Counted from the first letter of the stretch, positions 1 to 12,500 are shown. The stretch: DNA of 64,000 nt from Antedon mediterranea (GCF_964355755.1 NC_092678.1:10476352-10540351), one strand, 5' to 3'. Numbers and translations: made by a program. The notes: generated by a model from the letters alone, not told the origin.

Positions 1-440
1 TTTAACGAAATGCTCAAAATGGTCTAAAACGGTTTCTAATGTGATTTTAACCACTTTGATGTTTTTGTGTAACCAAGTTCTTTTCGAAAATCACAAAATG
101 GTCTAAAACGTCTCCAAATGCGATTTGAAGCTTTTCTAAGCACTTTGGTGTTTTTATGTTAACAAGTTTTTTCGAAAATCACAAAATGGTCTAAAACGTC
201 TCAAAATGCGATTTGAAGGTATTCTGAGCACTTTGGTGTTTTTGTGTGAAAAGTTTTAACGAAATGCTCAAAATGGTCTAAAACGGTTTCTAATGTGATT
301 TTAACCACTTTGATGTTTTTGTGTAACCAAGTTTTTTCGAAAATCACAAAATGGTCTAAAACGTCTCCAAATGCGATTTGAAGCTTTTCTAAGCACTTTG
401 GTGTTTTTATGTTAACAAGTTTTTTCGAAAATCACAAAAT

Positions 441-3400
441 GGTCTAAAACGTCTCCAAATGCGATTTGAAGCTATTCTGTACACTTTGATGTTTTGTGTG
501 AAAAAAGTTTTGTCGAAATGCTCAAAATGGTCTAAAACGTTTTTAAAACGATATTAAGCTATTTTGTGCTCTTTGATGTTTTTGTGTAACCAAGTTTTAT
601 CGAAATGAACAAAATGTTCTAAAACGTCTCCAAATGCGATTTGAAGCTTTTCCAAGCACTTTGCTGTTTTTATGTTAAGTTTTTTCGAAAATCACAAAAT
701 GGTCTAAAACGTCTCTAAATGCGATTTGAAGGTATTCTGAGCACTTTGGTGTTTTTGTGTGAAAAGTTTTAACGAAATGCTCAAAATTGTCTAAAACGGT
801 TTCTAATGTGATTTTAAGCACTTTGATGTTTTTGTAAAACCAAGTTTCATCGAAATGCACAAAATGGTCTAAAACGTCTCCAAATGCGATTTGAAGCTTT
901 TCCAAGCACTTTGCTGTTTTTATGTTAACAAGCTTTTTCGAAAATCACAAAATGGTCTAAAACGTCTCCAAATGCGATTTGAAGATATTCTGAGCACTTT
1001 GGTGTTTTTATGTTAAAAAGTTTTTTCGAAAATCACAAAATGGTCTAAAACGTCTCCAAATGCGATTTGAAGCTCTTCTGTACACTTTGATGTTTTGTGT
1101 GAAAAAGTTTTGTCAAAATGCTCAAAATGGTCTAAAACGTTTTTAAAACGATATTAAGCTATTTTGTGCTCTTTGATGTTTTTGTATAACCAAGTTTTTT
1201 CGAAAATCACAAAATTGTCTAAAACGTCTCCAAATGCGATTTGAAGATATTCTGAGCACTTTGGTGTTTTTATGTTAAAAAGTTTTTTCGAAAATCACAA
1301 AATGGTCTAAAACGTCTCCAAATGCGATTTGAAAAAATTCTGAGCACTTTGGTGTTTTTATGTTAAAAAGTTTTTTCGAAAATCACAAAATGGTCTAAAA
1401 CGTCTCCAAATGCGATTTGAAGCTCTTCTGTACACTTTGATGTTTTGTGTGAAAAAGTTTTGTCAAAATGCTCAAAATGGTCTAAAACGTTTTTAAAACG
1501 ATATTAAGCTATTTTGTGCTCTTTGATGTTTTTGTATAACCAAGTTTTTTCGAAAATCACAAAATTGTCTAAAACGTCTCCAAATGCGATTTGAAGATAT
1601 TCTGAGCACTTTGGTGTTTTTATGTTAAAAAGTTTTTTCGAAAATCACAAAATGGTCTAAAACGTCTCCAAATGCGATTTGAAGCTATTCTGAGCACTTT
1701 GGTGTTTTTCTGTTAAAAAGTATTTTCGAAAATCACAAAATGGTCTAAAACGTCTCCAAATGCAATTTGAAGCTATTCTGTACACTTTGATGTTTTGTGT
1801 GAAAAAGTTTTGTCAAAATGCTCAAAATGGTCTAAAACGTTTTTAAAACGATATTAAGCTATTTTGTGCTCTTTGATGTTTTTGTATAACCAAGTTTTTT
1901 CGAAAATCACAAAATGGTCTAAAACGTCTCCAAATGCGATTTGAAGCTTTTCTAAACACTTTGGTGTTTTTATGTTAACAAGTTTTTTCGAAAATCACAA
2001 AATGGTCTAAAACGTCTCCAAATCCGATTTGAAGCTATTCTGTACACTTTGATGTTTTGTGTGAAAAAGTTTTGTCGAAATGCTCAAAATGGTCTAAAAC
2101 GTTTTTAAAACGATATTAAGCTATTTTGTGCTCTTTGATGTTTTTGTGTAACCAAGTTTCATCGATATGAACAAAATGGTCTAAAACGTCTCAAAATGCG
2201 ATTTGAAGGTATTCTGAGCACTTTGGTGTTTTTGGGTGAAAAGTTTTAACGAAATGCTCAAAATGGTCTAAAACGGTTTCTAATGTGATTTTAAGCACTT
2301 TGAAGTATTTGTAAAAACAAGTTTCATCGAAATGCACAAAATGGTCTAAAACGTCTCCAAATGCGATTTGAAGCTTTTCTAAGCACTTTGGTGTTTTTAT
2401 GTTAACAAGTTTTTTCGAAAATCACAAAATGGTCTAAAACGTCTCCAAATGCGATTTGAAGATATTCTGAGCACTTTGGTGTTTTTATGTTTAAAAGTTT
2501 TTTCGAAAATCACAAAATGGTCTAAAACGTCTCCAAATGCGATTTGAAGCTATTCTGTACACTTTGATGTTTTGTGTGAAAAAGTTTTGTCGAAATGCTC
2601 AAAATGGTTTAAAACGTTTTTAAAACGATATTAAGCTATTTTGTGCTCTTTGATGTTTTTGTATAACCAAGTTTCATCGAAATGCACAAAATGGTCTAAA
2701 ACGTCTCCAAATACGATTTGAAGCTTTTCTAAGCACTTTGCTGTTTTTATGTTAACAAGTTTTTTCGAAAATCACAAAATGGTCTAAAACGTCTCCAAAT
2801 GCGATTTGAAGATATTCTGAGCACTTTGGTGTTTTTATGTTAAAAAGTTTTTTCGAAAATCACAAAATGGTCTAAAACGTCTCCAAATGCGATTTGAAGA
2901 TATTCTGAGCACTTTGGTGTTTTTATGTTAAAAAGTTTTTTCGAAAATCACAAAATGGTCTAAAACGTCTCCAAATGCGATTTGAAGCTATTCTGTACAC
3001 TTTGATGTTTTGTGTGAAAAAGTTTTGTCGAAATGCTCAAAATGGTCTAAAACGTTTTTAAAACGATATAAAGCTATTTTGTGCTCTTTGAGGTTTTTGT
3101 GTAACCAAGTTTTTTCAAAAATCACAAAATGGTCTAAAACGTCTCCAAATGCGATTTGAAGCTTTTCTAAGCACTTTGGTGTTTTTATGTTAACAAGTTT
3201 TTTCGAAAACCACAAAATGGTCTAAAACGTTTTAAAATGCGATTTGAAGGTATTCTGAGCACTTTGGTGTTTTTGTGTGAAAAGTTTTAACGAAATGCTC
3301 AAAATGGTCTAAAACGGTTTCTAATGTGATTTTAACCACTTTGATGTTTTTGTGTAACCAAGTTTTTTCGAAAATCACAAAATGGTCTAAAACGTCTCCA

Positions 3401-5020
3401 AATGCGATTTGAAGCTTTTCTAAGCACTTTGGTGTTTTTATGTTAACAAGTTTTTTCGAAAATCACAAAATGGTCTAAAACGTCTCCAAATGCGATTTGA
3501 AGCTATTCTGTACACTTTGATGTTTTGTGTGAAAAAAGTTTTGTCGAAATGCTTAAAATGGTCTAAAACGTTTTTAAAACGATATTAAGCTATTTTGTGC
3601 TCTTTGATGTTTTTGTGTAACCAAGTTTTATCGAAATGAACAAAATGGTCTAAAACGTCTCCAAATGCGATTTGAAGCTTTTCCAAGCACTTTGCTGTTT
3701 TTATGTTAACAGGTTTTTTCGAAAATCACAAAATGGTCTAAAACGTCTCAAAATGCGATTTGAAGGTATTCTGAGCACTTTGGTGTTTTTGTGTGAAAAG
3801 TTTTAACGAAATGCTCAAAATTGTCTAAAACGGTTTCTAATGTGATTTTAAGCACTTTGATGTTTTTGTAAAACCAAGTTTCATCGAAATGCACAAAATG
3901 GTCTAAAACGTCTCCAAATGCGATTTAAAGCTATTCTAGACACTTTGATGTTTTGTGTGAAAAAGTTTTCTCGAAATGCTCAAAATGGTCTAAAACGTTT
4001 TCCAATACCATATTAAGCTATTTTGTGCAATTTGATGTTTTTGTGTAACCAAGTTTTTTGAAATGCGATTTGAAGATATTCTGAGGACTTTGGTGTTTTT
4101 ATGTTAAAAAGTTTTTTCGAAAATCACAAAATGGTCTAAAACGTCTCCAAATGCGATTTGAAGATATTCTGAGCACTTTGGTGTTTTTATGTTAAAAAGT
4201 TTTTTCGAAAATCACAAAATGGTCTAAAACGTCTCCAAATGCGATTTGAAGGTCTTCTGTACACTTTGATGTTTTGTGTGAAAAAGTTTTTTCAAAATGC
4301 TCAAAATGGTCTAAAACGTTTTTAAAACGATATTAAGCTATTTTGTGCTCTTTGATGTTTTTGTATAACCATGTTTTTTCGAAAATCACAAAATGGTCTA
4401 AAACGTCTCCAAATGCGATTTGAAGCTTTTCCAAGCACTTTGCTGTTTTTATGTTAACAAGTTTTTTCGAAAATCACAAAATGGTCTAAAACGTCTCAAA
4501 ATACGATATTAAGCTGTTTTGTGCACTTTGATGATTTGTGTGAAAAGTTTTAACGAAATGCTCAAAATGGTCTAAAACGGTTTCTAATGTGATTTTAAGC
4601 ACTTTGATGTTTTTATGTAGCCAAGTTTTTTCGAAAATCACAAAATGGTCAAAAACGTCTCCAAATGCGATTTGAAGCTTTTCTAAGCACTTTGGTGTTT
4701 TTATGTTAACAAGTTTTTTCGAAAATCACAAAATGGTCTAAAACGTCTTCAAATGCGATTTGAAGATATTCTGAGCACTTTGGTGTTTTTCTGTTAAAAA
4801 GTATTTTCGAAAATCACAAAATGGTCTATAACGTCTCCAAATGCGATTTGAAGCTATTCTGTACACTTTGATGTTTTGTGTGAAAAAGTTTTGTCAAAAT
4901 GCTCAAAATGGTCTAAAACGTTTTTAAAACGATATTAAGCTATTTTGTGCTCTTTGATGTGTTTGTATAACCAAGTTTTTTCGAAAATCACAAAATGGTC
5001 TAAAACGTCTCCAAATGCGA
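441..5020. repeat. About 4.5 kb block with near-identical copies at ~22199-26490 and ~34803-39385
   Basis: ORF-track offsets 675->22435->35039 and 2988->24748->37352 (21760 and 34364). Shared private variants GAAAAAATTCTGAG (1331/23091/35696), GATATAAAGC and GAAGGTCTTCTG. Confidence 0.9.
954..1700. repeat. Local 350 bp 4-monomer tandem (T-U-D-D), about 2 copies
   Basis: T(GCTCTTCTG) monomers start at 1042 and 1392; each is followed by a U ending in the AAAATTGTCT variant. Confidence 0.8.
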
Positions 5021-6550
5021 TTTAAAGCTATTCTAGACACTTTGATGTTTTGTGTGAAAAATTTTCTCGAAATGCTCAAAATGGTCTAAAACGTTTTCCA
5101 ATACCATTATTAAGCTATTTTGTGCAATTTGATGTTTTTGTGTAACCAAGTTTTTTGAAATGCGATTTGAAGATATTCTGAGGACTTTGGTGTTTTTATG
5201 TTAAAAAGTTTTTTCGAAAATCACAAAATGGTCTAAAACGTCTCCAAATGCGATTTGAAGATATTCTGAGCACTTTGGTGTTTTTATGTTAAAAAGTTTT
5301 TTGGAAAATCACAAAATGGTCTAAAACGACTCCAAATGCGATTTGAAGCTATCCTGTACACTTTGATGTTTTGTGTGAAAAAGTTTTGTCGAAATGCTCA
5401 AAATGATCTAAAACGTTTTTAAAACGATATTAAGCTATTTTGTGCTCTTTGATGTTTTTGTGTATCCAAGTTTCATCGAAATGAACAAAATTGTCTAAAA
5501 CGTTTTTAAATACCATATTAAGCTGTTTTGTGCACTTTGATGATTTGTGTGAAAAGTTTTAACGAAATGCTCAAAATAGTCTAAAACGGTTTCTAATGTG
5601 ATTTTAAGCACTTTGATGTTTTTGTGTAACCAAGTTTTATCGAAATGAACAAAATGGTCTAAAACGTCTCCAAATGCGATTTGAAGCTTTTCCAAGCACT
5701 TTGCTGTTTTTATGTTAACAATTTTTTTCGAAAATCATAAAATGGTCTAAAACGTCTCAAAATGCGATTTGAAGGTATTCTGAGCACTTTGGTGTTTTTG
5801 TGTGAAAAGTTTTAACGAAATGCTCAAAATGGTCTAAAACGGTTCTAATGTGATTTTAAGCACTTTGATGTTTTTGTATAACCAAGTTTCATCGAAATGC
5901 ACAAAATGGTCTAAAACGTCTCCAAATGCGATTTAAAGCTATTCTAGACACTTTGATGTTTTGTGTGAAAAATTTTCTCGAAATGCTCAAAATGGTCTAA
6001 AACGTTTTCCAATACCATATTAAGCTATTTTGTGCAATTTGATGTTTTTGTGTAACCAAGTTTTTTGAAATGCGATTTGAAGATATTCTGAGGACTTTGG
6101 TGTTTTTATGTTAAAAAGTTTTTTCGAAAATCACAAAATGGTCTAAAACGTCTCCAAATGCGATTTGAAGATATTCTGAGCACTTTGGTGTTTTTATGTT
6201 AAAAAGTTTTTTGGAAAATCACAAAATGGTCTAAAACGACTCCAAATGCGATTTGAAGCTATCCTGTACACTTTGATGTTTTGTGTGAAAAAGTTTTGTC
6301 GAAATGCTCAAAATGATCTAAAACGTTTTTAAAACGATATTAAGCTATTTTGTGCTCTTTGATGTTTTTGTGTATCCAAGTTTCATCGAAATGAACAAAA
6401 TGGTCTAAAACGTTTTTAAATACGATATTAAGCTGTTTTGTGCACTTTGATGATTTGTGTGAAAAGTTTTAACGAAATGCTCAAAATAGTCTAAAACGGT
6501 TTCTAATGTGATTTTAAGCACTTTGATGTTTTTGTGTAACCAAGTTTTTT
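4997..6550. repeat. Local ~910 bp period duplication carrying the core-deleted W/D fusion
   Basis: TTGGAAAATC...AACGACTCC...ATCCTGTAC...ATGATCTA variants at 5301-5410 recur at 6211-6320. Confidence 0.85.
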
Positions 6551-7859
6551 CGGAAATCACAAAATGGTCTAAAACGTCTCCAAATGCGATTTGAAGCTTT
6601 TCTAAGCACTTTGGTGTTTTTATGTTAACAAGTTTTTTCGAAAATCACAAAATGGTCTAAAACGTCTCAAAATGCGATTTGAAGGTAATCTGAGCACTTT
6701 GGTGTTTTTGTGTGAAAAGTTTTAACGAAATGCTCAAAATGGTCTAAAACGGTTTCTAATGTGATTTTAACAACTTTGATGTTTTTGTGTAACCAAGTTT
6801 TTTCGAAAATCACAAAATGGTCTAAAACGTTTCCAAATGCGATTTGAAGCTTTTCTAAGCACTTTGGTGTTTTTATGTTAACAAGTTTTTTCGAAAATCA
6901 CAAAATGGTCTAAAACGTCTCCAAATGCGATTTGAAGATATTCTGAGCACTTTGGTGTTTTTCTGTTAAAAAGTATTTTCGAAAATCACAAAATGGTCTA
7001 AAACGTCTCCAAATGCAATTTGAAGCTATTCTGTACACTTTGATGTTTTGTGTGAAAAAGTTTTGTCAAAATGCTCAAAATGGTCTAAAACGTTTTTAAA
7101 ACGATATTAAGCTATTTTGTGCTCTTTGATGTTTTTGTATAACCAAGTTTTTTCGAAATGAACAAAATGGTCTAAAACGTCTCCAAATGCGATTTGAAGC
7201 TTTTCTAAACACTTTGGTGTTTTTATGTTAACAAGTTTTTTCGAAAATCACAAAATGGACTAAAACGTCTCCAAATCCGATTTGAAGCTATTCTGTACAC
7301 TTTGATGTTTTGTGTGAAAAAGTTTTGTCGAAATGCTCAAAATGGTCTAAAACGTTTTTAAAACGATATTAAGCTATTTTGTGCTCTTTGATGTTTTTGT
7401 GTAACCAAGTTTCATCGATATGAACAAAATGGTCTAAAACGTCTCAAAATGCGATTTGAAGGTATTCTGAGCACTTTGGTGTTTTTGGGTGAAAAGTTTT
7501 AACGAAATGCTCAAAATGGTCTAAAACGGTTTCTAATGTGATTTTAAGCACTTTGAAGTATTTGTAAAAACAAGTTTCATCGAAATGCACAAAATAGTCT
7601 AAAACGTCTCCAAATGCGATTTGAAGCTTTTCTAAGCACTTTGGTGTTTTTATGTTAACAAGTTTTTTCGAAAATCACAAAATGGTCTAAAACGTCTCCA
7701 AATGCGATTTGAAGATATTCTGAGCACTTTGGTGTTTTTATGTTAAAAAGTATTTTCGAAAATCACAAAATGGTCTAAAACGTCTCCAAATGCGATTTGA
7801 AGCTCTTCTGTACACTTTGATGTTTTGTGTGAAAAAGTTTAGTCGAAATGCTCAAAATG

Positions 7860-10800
7860 GTCTAAAACGTTTTTAAAACGATATTAAGCTATTTTGTGCT
7901 CTTTGATGTTTTTGTGTAACCAAGTTTCATCGAAATGAACAAAATGGTCTAAAACGTCTCCAAATGCGATTTGAAGCTTTTCTAAGCACTTTGGTGTTTT
8001 TATGTTAACAAGTTTTTTCGAAAATCACAAAATGGTCTAAAACGTCTCCAAATGCGATTTGAAGATATTCTGAGCACTTTGCTGTTTTTATGTTAACAAG
8101 TTTTTTCGAAAATCACAAAATGGTCTAAAACGTCTCAAAATGCTATTTGAAGGTATTCTGAGCACTTTGGTGTTTTTGTGTGAAAAGTTTTAACGAAATG
8201 CTCAAAATGGTCTAAAACGGTTCTAATGTGATTTTAAACACTTTGATGTTTTGTGTGAAAAAGTTTTGTCAAAATGCTGAAAATGGTCTAAAACGTTTTT
8301 AAAACGATATTAAGCTATTTTGTGCTCTTTGATGTTTTTGTATAACCAAGTTTTTTCGAAAATCACAAAATGGTCTAAAACGTCTCCAAATGCGATTTGA
8401 AGATATTCTGAGCACTTTGGTGTTTTTATGTTAAAAAGTTTTTTCGAAAATCACAAAATGGTCTAAAACGTCTCCAAATGCGATTTGAAGATATTCTGAG
8501 CACTTTGGTGTTTTTATGTTAAAAAGTTTTTTCGAAAATCACAAAATGGTCTAAAACGTCTCCAAATGCGATTTGAAGCTATTCTATACACTTTGATGTT
8601 TTGTGTTAAAAAGTTTTGTCGAAATGCTCAAAATGGTTTAAAACGTTTTTAAAACGATATTAAGCTATTTTGTGCTCTTTGATGTTTTTGTGTAACCAAG
8701 TTTCATCGAAATGAACAAAATGGTCTAAAACGTCTCCAAATGCGATTTAAAGCTTTTCCAAGCACTTTGCTGTTTTTATGTTAACAAGTTTTTTCGAAAA
8801 TCACAAAATTGTCTAAAACGTCTCAAAATGCGATTTGAAGGTATTCTGAGCACTTTGGTGTTTTTGTGTGAAAAGTTTTAACGAAAAGCTCAAAATGGTC
8901 TAAAACGGTTCTAATGTGATTTTAAGCACTTTGATGTTTTTGTACAACCAAGTTTCATCGAAATGCTCAAAATGGTCTAAAACGTTTTTAAAACGATATT
9001 AAGCTATTTTGTGCTCTTTGATGTTTTTGTGTAACCAAGTTTTTTCGAAAATCACAAAATGGTCTAAAACGTCTCCAAATGCGATTTGAAGCTTTTCTAA
9101 GCACTTTGGTGTTTTTATGTTAACAAGTTTTTTCGAAAATCACAAAATGGTCTAAAACGTCTCAAAATGCGATTTGAAGGTATTCTGAGCACTTTGGTGT
9201 TTTTGTGTGAAAAGTTTTAACGAAATGCTCAAAATGGTCTAAAACGGTTTCTAATGTGATTTTAACCACTTTGATGTTTTTGTGTAACCAAGTTCTTTTC
9301 GAAAATCACAAAATGGTCTAAAACGTCTCCAAATGCGATTTGAAGCTTTTCTAAGCACTTTGGTGTTTTTATGTTAACAAGTTTTTTCGAAAATCACAAA
9401 ATGGTCTAAAACGTCTCAAAATGCGATTTGAAGGTATTCTGAGCACTTTGGTGTTTTTGTGTGAAAAGTTTTAACGAAATGCTCAAAATGGTCTAAAACG
9501 GTTTCTAATGTGATTTTAACCACTTTGATGTTTTTGTGTAACCAAGTTTTTTCGAAAATCACAAAATGGTCTAAAACGTCTCCAAATGCGATTTGAAGCT
9601 TTTCTAAGCACTTTGGTGTTTTTATGTTAACAAGTTTTTTCGAAAATCACAAAATGGTCTAAAACGTCTCCAAATGCGATTTGAAGCTATTCTGTACACT
9701 TTGATGTTTTGTGTGAAAAGTTTTAACGAAATGCTCAAAATTGTCTAAAACGGTTTCTAATGTGATTTTAAGCACTTTGATGTTTTTGTAAAACCAAGTT
9801 TCATCGAAATGCACAAAATGGTCTAAAACGTCTCCAAATGCGATTTGAAGCTTTTCCAAGCACTTTGGTGTTTTTATGTTAACAAGGTTTTTCGAAAATC
9901 ACAAAATGGTCTAAAACGTCTCCAAATGCGATTTGAAGCTTTTCCAAGCACTTTGCTGTTTTTATGTTAACAAGTTTTTTCGAAAATCACAAAATGGTCT
10001 AAAAAGTCTCAAAATACGATATTAAGCTGTTTTGTGCACTTTGATGATTTGTGTGAAAAGTTTTAACGAAATGCTCAAAATGGTCTAAAACGGTTTCTAA
10101 TGTGATTTTAAGCACTTTGATGTTTTTATGTAGCCAAGTTTTTTCGAAAATCACAAAATGGTCAAAAACGTCTCCAAATGCGATTTGAAGCTTTTCTAAG
10201 CACTTTGGTTTTTTTATGTTAACAAGTTTTTTCGAAAATCACAAAATGGTCTAAAACGTCTTCAAATGCGATTTGAAGATATTCTGAGCACTTTGGTGTT
10301 TTTCTGTTAAAAAGTATTTTCGAAAATCACAAAATGGCCTAAAACGTCTCCAAATGCGATTTGAAGCTATTCTGTACACTTTGATGTTTTGTGTGAAAAA
10401 GTTTTGTCAAAATGCTCAAAATGGTCTAAAACGTTTTTAAAACGATATTAAGCTATTTTGTGCTCTTTGATGTGTTTGTATAACCAAGTTTTTTCGAAAA
10501 TCACAAAATGGTCTAAAACGTCTCCAAATGCGATTTGAAGCTTTTCCAAGCACTTTGCTGTTTTTATGTTAACAATTTTTTTCGAAAATCATAAAATGGT
10601 CTAAAACGTCTCCAAATGCGATTTGAAGCTATTCTGTACACTTTGATGTTTTGTGTGAAAAGTTTTGTCGAAATGCTCAAAATGGTCTAAAACGTTTTTA
10701 AAACGATATTAAGCTATTTTGTGCTCTTTGATGTTTTTGTGTAACCAAGTTTCATCGAAATGAGCAAAATGGTCTAAAACGTCTCCAAATGCGATTTGAA

Positions 10801-12500
10801 GCTTTTCTAAGCACTTTGGTGTTTTTATGTTAACAAGTTTTTTCGAAAATCACAAAATGGTCTAAAACGTCTCCAAATGCGATTTGAAGATATTCTGAGC
10901 ACTTTGCTGTTTTTATGTTAACAAGTTTTTTCGAAAATCACAAAATGGTCTAAAACGTCTCAAAATGCTATTTGAAGGTATTCTGAGCACTTTGGTGTTT
11001 TTGTGTGAAAAGTTTTAACGAAATGCTCAAAATGGTCTAAAACGGTTCTAATGTGATTTTAAGCACTTTGATGTTTTTGTATAACCAAGTTTCATCGAAA
11101 TGCTCAAAATGGTCTAAAACGTTTTTAAAACGATATTAAGCTATTTTGTGCTCTTTGATGTTTTTGTGTAACGAAGTTTCATCGAAATGAACAAAATGGT
11201 CTAAAACGTCTCCAAATGCGATTTGAAGCTTTTCCAAGCACTTTGCTGTTTTTATGTTAACAAGTTTTTTCGAAAATCACAAAATGGCCTAAAACGTCTC
11301 AAAATGCGATTTCAAGGTATTCTGAGCACTTTGGTGTTTTTGTGTGAAAGGTTTTAACGAAATGCTCAAAATGGTCTAAAACGGTTTCTAATGTGATTTA
11401 AAGCACTTTGATGTTTTTGTATAACCAAGTTTCATCGAAATGCACAAAATGGTCTAAAACGTCTCCAAATGCGATTTGAAGCTTTTCTAAGCACTTTGCT
11501 GTTTTTATGTTAACAAGTTTTTTCGAAAATCACAAAATGGTCTAAAACGTCTCCAAATGCGATTTGAAGATATTCTGAGCACTTTGGTGTTTTTAGGTTA
11601 AAAAGTTTTTTCGAAAATCACAAAATGGTCTAAAACGTCTCCAAATGCGATTTGAAGATATTCTGAGCACTTTGGTGTTTTTATGTTAACAAGTTTTTTC
11701 GAAAATCACAAAATGGTCTAAAACGTCTCCAAATGCGATTTGAAGCTATTCTGTACACTTTGATGTTTTGTGTGAAAAAAGTTTTGTCGAAATGCTCAAA
11801 ATGGTCTAAAACGTTTTTAAAACGATATTAAGCTATTTTGTGCTCTTTGATGTTTTTGTGTAACCAAGTTTTATCGAAATGAACAAAATGGTCTAAAACG
11901 TCTCCAAATGCGATTTGAAGCTTTTCCAAGCACTTTGGTGTTTTTATGTTAACAGGTTTTTTCGAAAATCACAAAATGGTCTAAAACGTCTCAAAATGCG
12001 ATTTGAAGGTATTCTGAGCACTTTGGTGTTTTTGTGTGAAAAGTTTTAACGAAATGCTCAAAATTGTCTAAAACGGTTTCTAATGTGATTTTAAGCACTT
12101 TGATGTTTTTGTAAAACCAAGTTTCATCGAAATGCACAAAATGGTCTAAAATGTCTCCAAATGCGATTTGAAGCTTTTCCAAGCACTTTGCTGTTTTTAT
12201 GTTAACAAGCTTTTTCGAAAATCACAAAATGGTCTAAAACGTCTCCAAATGTGATTTGAAGATATTCTGAGCACTTTGGTGTTTTTATGTTAAAAAGTTT
12301 TTTCGAAAATCACAAAATGGTCTAAAACGTCTCCAAATGCGATTTGAAGATATTCTGAGCACTTTGGTGTTTTTATGTTAAAAAGTTTTTTCGAAAATCA
12401 CAAAATGGTCTAAAACGTCTCCAAATGCGATTTGAAGCTATTCTGTACACTTTGATGTTTTGTGTGAAAAAGTTTTGTCGAAATGCTCAAAATGGTTTAA
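7860..12500. repeat. About 4.6 kb block with copies at ~40020-44600 and (from ~8240) ~50850-55100
   Basis: ORF offsets 9659->41820->52268 and 11991->44067->54599. Shared variants GGCCTAAAAC, GATTTCAAGG, GATTTAAAGCAC and GGTTTTTTTATG. Confidence 0.85.
9061..9655. repeat. L-G-S trimer (253-254 bp) in tandem; same arrangement at 1-440, ~12920-13515, ~41220-41815 and ~51670-52265
   Basis: Monomer starts L 9061, G 9149, S 9236, L 9315, G 9403, S 9490, L 9568; marker TTAACCACTTTG, and a GTTCTTTTCG 1 bp insertion in the first S. Confidence 0.8.

Noticed and set aside
100-187. CENP-B box, or assignment to a named satellite family or species
   Set aside because: I see no match to the TTCG-N4-A-N2-CGGG consensus (TTCG is present, CGGG is absent) and I do not recognise the monomer; a database search is required.
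529-560. AAAACGTTTTTAAAACG in U as a terminator or regulatory element
   Set aside because: It is an A/T-only stem with no gene context; counted under general dyad symmetry instead.
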